Below, piece after piece: positions 36,570 through 46,200 of a DNA stretch of 64,000 bases. A model generated the notes under the pieces. The model did not search any database, was not told the origin of the DNA, and saw only the letters and a list, made by a program, of their open reading frames with translations. Source of the DNA: Bacteroidota bacterium (lineage in GTDB: Bacteria > Bacteroidota > Bacteroidia > UKL13-3); contig JAAFJM010000002.1 in NCBI GenBank assembly GCA_013298895.1, forward strand, positions 6,427 to 70,426, in the 5' to 3' direction. The first letter of the stretch is position 1, and each line of letters starts with the position of its first letter. Both the position numbers and the translations under genes were made by a program.

Positions 36570-38414
36570 TTATTGTTTATTGTATAAATAAAACCATGAG
36601 TCAGAATCTATCTGCGCTTTTGATTTTTTCAAAATCTGTAGAGCGGAACCTTTATCATCTGTGCTAGTTGTCATTACTCTATAGTATTTAGAACCAATTG
36701 AGCGATATACATTAGATTTAAATCCTTTTTTACGTATGGTGTCTCTGAACTTCATTGCTAAATCAAGGTGTTTTAAACCATAACAAGCAACTACTACATT
36801 ATACTTTCCGTCCGGTTCTGTCACTGCTTCTTTATTTTCAAGTATAATAGGTTCTATTGGAGTTACTACTTTTGGCTCAACTTTGGTTACAGGAACTTCT
36901 ATCGGAACCACAACTTCAGGTTGAACAACTGGCATTGGTGTTTCAATTATAGCCTTTACAGTATCTAAAGGTGTTTGTTCAACAACTTTGGGTAAATCAA
37001 CTACTGCTGGTTTTTCAATTACAGGTATTTTTTCAATTTCTATATCTTTAGAAGTTTTTGAATATTTGTAGCTTGAAGAACTCCAATCAATTAATTCTCT
37101 ATTGTTGCTTGTGTTGAATTTGTATGAAATACCTGCGTTGATATAAAAATGGTGATTTAAATTGTCTTTGTTAGCTGCACCATCTAACCATTTTGATTGA
37201 TTGTAATTAAAATCAACCCCAGCTAAGAAATCCCATGTAGATGTTAAATGTTTTCTTGCTTGAGCACCAACTACAATATTTTGTGTTCCTTTATTGTAAA
37301 CTAATTCATTTTTTGAGTTATTAGCATAAGTATTGTCGACTGTGTAGAATAAATAACCACCACCTACAACTGCATAATAATTCCATTTATTTAAACTTTC
37401 AGGTTCAGACTTTAATCTACGTAAATTAAACAAACCTCTAACGGTCAATTGATTCATACTATTTGAAAAGTCTTTTATATAGCTAGCATCTAAAACTGTT
37501 CCTGAAGGAGGATTTACCACATCATGACTTCCAGAAAATTGGCCATAATGATATGCTCCTTGTAAAGAAAAGAAATTTGAGAAAGAATATCTAGCCGCTA
37601 AACCTCCCATAACGGTAGGACTGTATCCTATAGGTGTAAACATTATTGGTAATCCTAAGTTTAAATCAGCACTCCAACGAGCGTAATCTTTTTTGGGTGA
37701 ATCTTCTGATTCTGTATTTCTGAATTCCCAATCAATTAAATTCTTATTTGATTTTGCACCAATTTTATAAGAAATACCGAATGAATTATTTAAATAAGTA
37801 TCTAATTTTTTATCTGCATAAGCCCCATCCATCCAATATGTTTCTACATAATTGAATTCACTAGAAACAACTAGGTCAATAGATGGATTTAAGTAATACC
37901 TCAGACCCAATCCAAATTGGTAATTCCTCATAGGTTTGTCACCAAATTCTTTCATTGAAGTTTGAACACCATTTATATAGGTAGTATTTAATTTCCAAAA
38001 CTGTAAGCCAGCACCTAAGGTAACATATGGCGAAAATTTTGTTGTAGGTTTGTTCAAGCCCAACAATCCACCAAAATTGTATTGAATGTATCCGTTTATA
38101 TCGTAAAAGGAGTTACGATAACTCGCCACATCCTTTGCATAAATTCCATCAAGTGAAACCACACCTGGGGTATTACCAGTTTTTGTAAAAAAAGATTTAG
38201 AAGCAAATCTTCCTGCAACTGACCAATTCTTATTTATTGAATAGCGTAATCCTGCTTGATAAATTCCAGTTAGGTCAGAATTAATGGAGAAAAATGTTAC
38301 AGGTATACCCATAGACAAATCAGCACTCCACTTTACATTTTTTTGGGCTGATACATTTGCAACTATTGCGTAACACAGTATAGTAAGTGTTAAATTTTTT
38401 AAAATTTTAAACAT
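36570..38414 (-). CDS. Outer-membrane beta-barrel protein with duplicated barrel-like halves, a Pro/Val-rich linker and a C-terminal SPOR (peptidoglycan-binding) domain
   Basis: The 614-aa ORF has a signal peptide and two internally similar ~220-aa halves (WSADL...GLRYS... twice). The linker is PVVQPEVVVPIEVPVTKVEPKVVTPIEPI. The C-terminus (YNVVVACYGLKHLDLAMKFRDTIRKKGF...YYRVM) is SPOR-like. Confidence 0.6.
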   Translation of the reverse strand: MFKILKNLTLTILCYAIVANVSAQKNVKWSADLSMGIPVTFFSINSDLTGIYQAGLRYSINKNWSVAGRFASKSFFTKTGNTPGVVSLDGIYAKDVASYRNSFYDINGYIQYNFGGLLGLNKPTTKFSPYVTLGAGLQFWKLNTTYINGVQTSMKEFGDKPMRNYQFGLGLRYYLNPSIDLVVSSEFNYVETYWMDGAYADKKLDTYLNNSFGISYKIGAKSNKNLIDWEFRNTESEDSPKKDYARWSADLNLGLPIMFTPIGYSPTVMGGLAARYSFSNFFSLQGAYHYGQFSGSHDVVNPPSGTVLDASYIKDFSNSMNQLTVRGLFNLRRLKSEPESLNKWNYYAVVGGGYLFYTVDNTYANNSKNELVYNKGTQNIVVGAQARKHLTSTWDFLAGVDFNYNQSKWLDGAANKDNLNHHFYINAGISYKFNTSNNRELIDWSSSSYKYSKTSKDIEIEKIPVIEKPAVVDLPKVVEQTPLDTVKAIIETPMPVVQPEVVVPIEVPVTKVEPKVVTPIEPIILENKEAVTEPDGKYNVVVACYGLKHLDLAMKFRDTIRKKGFKSNVYRSIGSKYYRVMTTSTDDKGSALQILKKSKAQIDSDSWFYLYNKQ

Positions 38415-38522
38415 ATTTTTGTTGAATTAATTGGTTATGTTATGTGGTGCAAGAATAAAACAAATTAATTAAAAGATTAAATAAATAAATTATTAAATGT
38501 AAAAAAATCAGTTTATTACAAC

Positions 38523-39065
38523 ATGAAATTTAGAAAACTTACATCAAACGAACTAGACAGAAATAGCATTTCAGAATACAAAAACATCAGTCGAAATAAA
38601 ATTATTGTAGTTTTAGATAACATAAGAAGTGCTCAAAATGTAGGTTCGTTTTTTAGAACCTGTGATTCATTTAATGTGGAAAAAATTTTTTTATGTGGTA
38701 TTACTTCCATTCCACCGAATAAAGAAATACTAAAAACTGCTTTAGGTTCCACAGAATCAGTAGTTTGGGAATATTTCGAAAATACTTTAAATTGTATTAA
38801 AATGCTCAAAGAGGCGGACTGCATAATTAACGCTGTGGAACAGGCTCAAAACAGTATGAATTTATTACGTTACAAACCTAATTATTTGAAAAAAAATGTT
38901 TATGTATTTGGGAATGAGGTGGAAGGAGTAAGTCAAGACATTTTAAATTTATCAGATAATTGTATTGAAATCCCCCAATTTGGAACAAAACATTCACTAA
39001 ACGTCTCTGTGGCAGCAGGTATAATAATTTGGGATGCTACAAGTAAATTAGTTACAATTGACTAG
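38523..39065 (+). CDS. TrmH/SpoU-family RNA 2'-O-methyltransferase
   Basis: The 180-aa ORF has SPOUT motifs (VLDNIRSAQNVGSFFRT, VFGNEVEGVS, IPQFGTKHSLNVSVAAGI). Confidence 0.75.
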   Translation: MKFRKLTSNELDRNSISEYKNISRNKIIVVLDNIRSAQNVGSFFRTCDSFNVEKIFLCGITSIPPNKEILKTALGSTESVVWEYFENTLNCIKMLKEADCIINAVEQAQNSMNLLRYKPNYLKKNVYVFGNEVEGVSQDILNLSDNCIEIPQFGTKHSLNVSVAAGIIIWDATSKLVTID

Positions 39066-39105
39066 AAAAGGTTATTATTAGTATAATATTGCAAACAAAA
39101 TAAAC

Positions 39106-39687
39106 ATGAAAAAAGAAAACCTAAAACGTGGATTTGCATACAGAATAAAAAAGTTAATAAATTTTTTTTTAAAGGGTCTACTTGTATGCCTTCCAATAAT
39201 TTTAACTTATTATGTAGTATCAAGCATTGTTATTTCCATTGATAGATTTATTCCAATTGATATTCCAGGAATTGGCTTTGCAATTGTAATTGTGGGAGTA
39301 ACTTTTATTGGCTGGTTTGGTTCTAGCATTATTTCAAAACCAATTTTCAACCTACTTGATGACTTTTTATCAAGCCTTCCTTTCATAAAAATAATTTACA
39401 CTTCTGTAAAAGACTTAATGGAAGCGTTTGTTGGTGAAAAGAAAAAATTTTCAAAACCTGTAATAGTGGAATTAGGTGATGGTATTTACAAACCAGGGTT
39501 TATTACACAAGATGATTTGTTTGAAATTCATTTACCTGGACTAGTTGGTGTCTATTTTCCTCATTCTTATGCTTTTAGTGGGAATTTGTTTTTTGTAGAA
39601 AAATCAAAAATCAAACCATATGAAGGTAACTCAACAGATTTTATGAAATTTATTGTAAGCGGAGGGGTTACAGAAATTGGCAACTAA
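39106..39687 (+). CDS. DUF502-family membrane protein
   Basis: The 193-aa ORF has two TM helices and a conserved DUF502-like core (IPGIGFAIVIVGVTFIGW...IYKPGFIT). It overlaps the downstream UbiA gene by 11 nt. Confidence 0.6.
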   Translation: MKKENLKRGFAYRIKKLINFFLKGLLVCLPIILTYYVVSSIVISIDRFIPIDIPGIGFAIVIVGVTFIGWFGSSIISKPIFNLLDDFLSSLPFIKIIYTSVKDLMEAFVGEKKKFSKPVIVELGDGIYKPGFITQDDLFEIHLPGLVGVYFPHSYAFSGNLFFVEKSKIKPYEGNSTDFMKFIVSGGVTEIGN

Positions 39688-40579
39688 TTCATTTTTTAAA
39701 TCCTTTTTCGATTTTTGGAAGCTAATTCGCTACAAAAATATTTTAATAATCTCCTCCACTCAATGTTTTAGTTACTACTTTTTATCACCAAACATAGGGT
39801 TAGAAAATTTATTTTCATCTAGATTTATACTATTACTTTGCTCTACCTTTTTATCAGCTGCGGCTGGTTATATTATTAATGATTACATGGATGTAAAACT
39901 TGATATGGTTAATAAGCCACAATCAGTAATTATAGGTAAAACAATTAGTAGACGGTGGGCCATTTTGTTACATTCAGGATTTAATGTTTTGGCTTTTGTG
40001 CTTGCATGGCAAATTTCATATAGGGTGGCAATATTAGTTTTTGTGTGTTCCTTATTATTATGGATGTATTCTCAATATTTCAAAAAAAGTTACCTATTAG
40101 GAAATCTTTTAGTCGCTATTATGACCGCTTCTACTATTTTTATTTTAATTCCATTTGATGAAAAGGCTAATATTTTAGGCTGTTTGGCCTATTCAATTTT
40201 TGCCTTTTTTAGTAACTTGATTAGAGAAATTATAAAAGATACAGAAGATATTAAAGGTGATTCGAAATTTAATGCCAATACTTTGCCAATTAAATTGGGT
40301 ATAAAACACACCAAACAAATATTGTTCTATTTACAATTGTGTTTTATTTTAATGTGCCTCTCTTTTACTATACTTTTTCCAGCAATAAGCAACGTTGGGC
40401 CTTTAGCTTCATTTCAATTTATTACCTATATTTCTTTATTGGTTATTATTCCTTCCATTTATTTATTATTCAAACTTTGGAATGCCGATACAAAAAAACA
40501 TTTTACTCATCTGAGTTTTATTGCTAAAATTATTATGCTACTTGGAATTTTTAGTATGGTATTTTGGAAAACATATTAA
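39677..40579 (+). CDS. UbiA-family aromatic/isoprenoid prenyltransferase
   Basis: Carries the NDYMDVKLD (NDxxDxxxD) motif and a second Asp-rich motif; the 300-aa ORF has ~9 TM helices. Confidence 0.7.
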   Translation: MATNSFFKSFFDFWKLIRYKNILIISSTQCFSYYFLSPNIGLENLFSSRFILLLCSTFLSAAAGYIINDYMDVKLDMVNKPQSVIIGKTISRRWAILLHSGFNVLAFVLAWQISYRVAILVFVCSLLLWMYSQYFKKSYLLGNLLVAIMTASTIFILIPFDEKANILGCLAYSIFAFFSNLIREIIKDTEDIKGDSKFNANTLPIKLGIKHTKQILFYLQLCFILMCLSFTILFPAISNVGPLASFQFITYISLLVIIPSIYLLFKLWNADTKKHFTHLSFIAKIIMLLGIFSMVFWKTY

Positions 40580-40688
40580 CCAACAACTAAATTTTTGATT
40601 AAACTCATCATATGTGGCTCCATAAGGAGTTGTTTAAATTTTATTCAATCTTATTTTTGCATCCAATATATTTTTTGATTAACTAAAT

Positions 40689-41414
40689 ATGTATATATTA
40701 ATATTTTTTGTATCACATTGGTACTTATCATTATTCTCTCAAACATTTTATTTGCACCGATATTCAGCTCATAAAATGTTCACTATGAATAAATTTTGGG
40801 AGAAGTTCTTTTATTTATTTACCTACCTTACTCAAGGCGCATCTTATTTAACACCCAGACCATATGCAATAATGCACAGAATGCATCATGCCTATAGTGA
40901 CACTGAAAAGGACCCGCATTCACCACATTTTTTCAAAGAGGTAATGAGTATGATGAAATATACCTACAAAATTTTCAGTGGAATTCATAAGAATAAACTT
41001 CAGTTTGATGCCAAATTTGACCGAAATTTTCCAGAGTGGAAAACTGTGGATTGGATGGCAAATACTTGGACTAGCAGATTATTATTTGGAACAGGATACG
41101 TTATATTTTATGTTTATTTTGCCACAAGTTGGTGGATGTATTTATTACTTCCTATTCATTTTTTAATGGGACCAATGCATGGAGCCATTGTAAATTGGGC
41201 TGGACATAAATATGGATATAGAAACTTTAATGAAAACGACCATTCGAAAAATACATTAATTTTTGATTTTTTAATGCTTGGTGAGTTATTTCAAAACAAC
41301 CATCACCATGCTGGTGCTAGGCCTAATTTCGCAGCGAAATGGTGGGAAATTGACCCTGTTTACCCTATAATAAAAATATTGGATAAGGTGAAAATAATAA
41401 AACTAGTACGATAA
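40689..41414 (+). CDS. Acyl-CoA (Delta-9-type) fatty-acid desaturase
   Basis: Carries the three histidine boxes HRYSAH, HRMHH and NNHHH. Confidence 0.75.
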   Translation: MYILIFFVSHWYLSLFSQTFYLHRYSAHKMFTMNKFWEKFFYLFTYLTQGASYLTPRPYAIMHRMHHAYSDTEKDPHSPHFFKEVMSMMKYTYKIFSGIHKNKLQFDAKFDRNFPEWKTVDWMANTWTSRLLFGTGYVIFYVYFATSWWMYLLLPIHFLMGPMHGAIVNWAGHKYGYRNFNENDHSKNTLIFDFLMLGELFQNNHHHAGARPNFAAKWWEIDPVYPIIKILDKVKIIKLVR

Positions 41415-41422
41415 CTAGTTTT

Positions 41423-41461
41423 AAAAAAGGCGGCAAATATTAATATTTGCCGCCTTTTTTA
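41423..41461. terminator. Bidirectional rho-independent terminator
   Basis: AAAAAAGGCGGCAAATATT-aat-ATTTGCCGCCTTTTTT. Confidence 0.8.
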
Positions 41462-41465
41462 TTTT

Positions 41466-42164
41466 CTATCGTTTAGTAACTGTTAATTGTTCTATTCGTT
41501 TTTCGTAATCAGTACCTTTAAATATATAGTTTACAAAAATTCCAGGTGTATGAATCACATCAGGCTCTAATTCTCCGACAGGAACAAGCTCCTCTACTTC
41601 TGCTATTGTTATTTTTCCGGCCATTGCCATCAAAGGGTTAAAGTTACGAGAAGTAGCTCTAAAAACTAAATTCCCATGAGCATCGCCTTTCCAAGCTTTA
41701 ACTATAGCGTAATCCGATTTAAAAGCATGTTCTAGCAAATAAGTTTTTCCATCAAAATCGCGTGTTTCTTTACTAATTGCCACTTCAGTGCCAACACCTG
41801 CAGGTGTAAAAATAGCAGGCATGCCATAACCTGCAGCCAAGCAGCGAGTAGCCAAAGTTCCTTGCGGAATTAACTCAACTTCTAATTCTCCACTCAGTAG
41901 TTGACGTTCAAACTCTGCATTTTCACCTACATAGCTCGAAATCATTTTTTTTACTTGACGCGTTTTTAACATCAATCCTATTCCGAAATCGTCAACACCA
42001 GCATTATTACTTATACAAGTAAGGTTTTTAACACCTTTTTTTACCAAGGCATTGATTGAGTTTTCAGGAATACCACAAAGTCCAAAACCACCAAGCATTA
42101 TGACTGCACCATCATTTATATCCTTAACTGCTTCATCAGCATTTGAAACTACTTTTTGTAACAT
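41466..42164 (-). CDS. 3-oxoacid CoA-transferase subunit A (ScoA/AtoD-like)
   Basis: The 232-aa ORF has the CoA-transferase family I alpha-subunit pattern (GGFGLCGIPE...). No subunit B gene is adjacent. Confidence 0.75.
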   Translation of the reverse strand: MLQKVVSNADEAVKDINDGAVIMLGGFGLCGIPENSINALVKKGVKNLTCISNNAGVDDFGIGLMLKTRQVKKMISSYVGENAEFERQLLSGELEVELIPQGTLATRCLAAGYGMPAIFTPAGVGTEVAISKETRDFDGKTYLLEHAFKSDYAIVKAWKGDAHGNLVFRATSRNFNPLMAMAGKITIAEVEELVPVGELEPDVIHTPGIFVNYIFKGTDYEKRIEQLTVTKR

Positions 42165-42195
42165 ATTTTTTTATTTTTATTTTATGATTGAAAGA

Positions 42196-42278
42196 TTAAA
42201 AAATTGAAAAATTACACGATTAAAAAATTACAAGGTTGGATGGTTGGAAAGTTACAAGGTTTGAAGATTACAATCCCT
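42196..42278. repeat. Degenerate tandem repeats (AAAATTACAAGG / GTTGGAAAGTTACAAGG units) in the clpS-scoA spacer
   Basis: Read directly: aaaaattacacgattaaaaaattacaaggttggatggttggaaagttacaaggtttgaagattacaatccc. Confidence 0.6.
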
Positions 42279-42310
42279 AATTATTTTTAAACAATCTAAC
42301 AATTTACCAC

Positions 42311-42580
42311 CTACTCAATAACAGCAGAAAGACCTTTATCACATAGAGCTTGGCAAATACTTTTCAACTTTTGCTCCTCGCCTTTTTTTACTAAAGCTTT
42401 TCCTTTAAAGTGAACTAGCATGGCACATTGTTCTGCTTGCAATTCATCATGGTCACAAATATCACAAAGACATTCAATTACCCAATCAAAAGTATTTACA
42501 TCATCGTTATATAGTACTACTTTCAATCCATTATCTATCTCATCTAGCACATCTACCTCTAGTTCTTTTTCTGTTTGCAT
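42311..42580 (-). CDS. clpS: ATP-dependent Clp protease adaptor ClpS
   Basis: The 89-aa ORF contains VVLYNDDVNTFDWVIECL. Confidence 0.85.
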   Translation of the reverse strand: MQTEKELEVDVLDEIDNGLKVVLYNDDVNTFDWVIECLCDICDHDELQAEQCAMLVHFKGKALVKKGEEQKLKSICQALCDKGLSAVIE

Positions 42581-42591
42581 ATTTTTAAATA

Positions 42592-43209
42592 TTATTTTTT
42601 AAATGCAAATTTATTTTCATTACCCGCTTTCAATCTTTTTATATTTGCTCTATGGGTATAAACTACTAAAATAGCAATTGTACAAAAAAAAGAATTTGCA
42701 ATTACATTATTATAATAAAAATAAGGAAAAAAAGAAAGCAATGCCGCTAAAATTGCTGCACTCATGCTTCCTACTGAAATGTATTTTGTAATCCAAACAA
42801 TAGTTACAAAAGCAATGATACAAATTAATGCAATTTGCCAATTTAAAGCAATTGCCATTCCTAATAAAGTTGCAATTCCTTTGCCACCCTTAAAACCTGC
42901 AAACAAGGGAAACACATGACCTATGACTGCAGTAATTCCTAATGCCATTTGAAAGTTAAAATAACTTTGACTTCCCATTTCAAAATCTGAAAAATAGGAT
43001 AAACTTGTTGCTAAAAAACCTTTTAATAGATCGATAAATAAAACTACAAAACCTGCTTTATTCCCCAAAACTCTTAAAGTATTTGTGGCACCAGCATTGC
43101 CACTTCCATGCTCTCTTACATCTATTTTATGAAAAGTTTTTCCGTACCAAACTGCAGTGGGAATTGACCCTAGAAGGTAGGCTAAAATTATAAGAATTGT
43201 TATGATCAT
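42592..43209 (-). CDS. plsY: Glycerol-3-phosphate acyltransferase PlsY
   Basis: Carries GSGNAGATN and FKGGKG motifs; the 205-aa ORF is a multi-TM protein. Confidence 0.9.
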   Translation of the reverse strand: MIITILIILAYLLGSIPTAVWYGKTFHKIDVREHGSGNAGATNTLRVLGNKAGFVVLFIDLLKGFLATSLSYFSDFEMGSQSYFNFQMALGITAVIGHVFPLFAGFKGGKGIATLLGMAIALNWQIALICIIAFVTIVWITKYISVGSMSAAILAALLSFFPYFYYNNVIANSFFCTIAILVVYTHRANIKRLKAGNENKFAFKK

Positions 43210-43261
43210 TTATTGTTTTTTTACAAGGTCAAGTTTACAAATTTTTAATATTATAAAAAAA

Positions 43262-46200
43262 TTACTTGCCTTTTATGGCTCTCATTATTTTATTTCTGTC
43301 GCTTATACTTGCTAACCTCACTGTAAATCCATCGCCACTTAATTTATCCATTCCAGCTTTTAGAGCTTCATTAAATAATGGATCGCTACCTAAAATACTT
43401 AAATTTCCTTTTGAATATTTAAAGTAATACCAACTGCCATTATTTTGTTGCAAATAAATTACAAACTCTTCTTTGGTTCTGGTTTTAAGTATTTGAATTC
43501 TACCTTGCAATCTGCGTTCAATTGAGTACTTATCAATACTTCTTACCCCAAAATCACCTTCGCTTATAAATGAACGGGTATTGATATCGTATTTAAATTT
43601 CAAGTCTGTTATAAAAAATGTTTTGAATAAATCGTTTATTAATTTTCCTTCCAACTCATCGCTGGCTTCATCGCTCATTTTTTTCAAAGTTTTTTCATCT
43701 ACCATTTCAGGTATGGCTATATTCAAAATTTCTTTTTTAAAATAATCGTTTGAATTAGAAGACGATTGGTCGGTAATAGAGTCAACCATTAATTTTAAGG
43801 CATTGGCAGGCATTTCAAAATCAACTACTGCTGCAATATTCATGTTAAAAGTAGTATCTCTTAAGCTAAATGAACCGTTTCCGGCAGTAATTAACTTAAA
43901 TTTAGGAATATCGAGATTGAAATTGAACTTACCTTCGCCATAAATGGCTTTTTTACTCTCGCTTACTGCCATAAAATTACCCAATTTAGCTGGCTGTCCA
44001 AACACTTTGGCATAAGGACCAATTCTGAATTCATCAAACTTATCGTTATAGGTAAAGGTACCTTCTACTTTTAAAAGTTCAATATCGTTATTTGAACGTT
44101 TACGCGAGAACATGGCTGGTGTAACGTGAGTAGAATCAGCAGTAAGGATAAAACCACAATTTAAAACTGCCCTATTTAAATTAGTTAAAGGTGGCAATAA
44201 ATCAATATATACTGTATCAGGATTAATTACAGCAGCCGATTTAAACCAATCAGTTTTTGGTAAATAAAGTTCGTGTAATGGTTTAAAGAAACCGTTGTAT
44301 TCTAAATTTTTATTGAATGAATGTAAGATAGCATTTCCTCTGAAGGCTAGTTTGGTTCCAACATTAAAATTTATAGAATCAGGTATATTTGATTTACCCC
44401 CTAAATACTTTTTATCTTCAGCGTATATTTCGCTTAAATAAAAACGTTGTGGTTTTTTATTTTTATCTAAGTAAATATAATTTCCTTGACCTCTAAAATC
44501 GGTTCTGCCGTTAATTTTAATAGTTACTTGCTCTATTTTATGAAACTTAGTAAGAGTGTCTGCATTAATTTTAGCATTTATCAACTCACTCATTTCTGCA
44601 TCTTTACCAATGTATGCTTTTCCACTGTCGGGCAATATTTTACTATCAACTACTTGAATAAATGGAATCTTACTTGCTTTCATTAAATAATCGCCTAATC
44701 CCATTTTCATGCTTGCACATTTAAATGTTAAATTATCTTGGCTTGGTCGTTTTGATATTAAATAGCTTGCATTGGCGGCATTTTGCTCAAAAGTTTTTCC
44801 GGTAAATTCCATGGTTCGTGGTTCCATTTCCCATCTCATTTTTTCAAAACTTCCTTCATATAAATTATAAGCAAATTGGTTATTAATTTCATTTGGATTT
44901 AAATAGGTAAACTCACCAAATCGTTTTTCCAAATTCACATATGCATTAACTTTTTGAGTTACAAAAGCTATTTTAGTTGTGTCACCCGGCCAGCGTTGGC
45001 GGAAAATAGCATTTTCGCTCAATATTTCTACAGGACGTAATTCATACAAATCGGCTATTAATTCTCCATCCTCTATTGTCATACTTCCTCTCGCTTTCAT
45101 AGCTTGAGGTGTTAAAATTAAAGTCCCTCTTAATTCTGCTTTTTCATATGCTATTTTTATAGGTTCCCCTTTATTAAAAATGAACATCGTATCTTGATAA
45201 GGAATCCAATGATTGTATACATTCTTAGAATTTATTATTGTAGGAAATAATGCTGTTCTATCATTTTTAAAATATTCACAATCTGCATTCATGCTATCCA
45301 ACAATAAATTAAATTTATTACTATGCGATTTGGAAGCTAAATAATATAAATCACCATCACCTATTAAACCTTCATTACTTAACCTCAAAGCAAACTTTGC
45401 AGAGCCTTTACCTTTGTATAACATATACGAATTATTCGTATCGTTAGGAATATAAAACCCTAAAGATTTATCAGGCTGTAAATATATTTCTTGCCTCATA
45501 TCTGGCAATATTCCATCACTTTCAAGTGTACCAGCCAATGCTAATGTATATAAATTCAAATCATTTAAACTATCTAGTTTAAATGGATCAACGGCAAAGA
45601 AAAATCGGTCTTTTACATAATTTCCATTTTGCGTAGTTTGGTAATCGTAAAATACTTTTGAGCCTACTTCACTTGTGAATTTAGGATAACCGGGGTAGTT
45701 TTTTCTACTGCTTTTATTATAAGGATAATCTATTTCTAAGGTTCCATAAATATTTTGAATTACACTTTTTACATTGGCTAGATAACCCAATGTATCGTCA
45801 AGATATAAAAATTTAAGTGAATCAACATTATTAAGCCTTACATCAAATTTGGTATAATCAAATGAAAAATTACTTCCATAAAAATCGGCTTTTCCAGCCC
45901 TAAGCTTACCATTAAATTCAATTCCTCTGTTCTTTTTAATAGTTAATATTTGTTCTCGTGGTGTTACCTCTACATTTTGCGAATCACTAAATTTAAACCT
46001 ACCAACACCTTGTACAATTAAGTCATTATTAATTAAACTAATGGCTGCATTAGGAATTGCACTAATAACAGATTTAAAACTGATGGCATCATAATCCGTT
46101 CGTCCTATATGGGCATTTACATAATCTTTAAGTTTTGGTTTTATATTTATCGTTTTGGTTTGTTCGTTATAATTTAAAAAACCCCTATCATTCAAATCAA

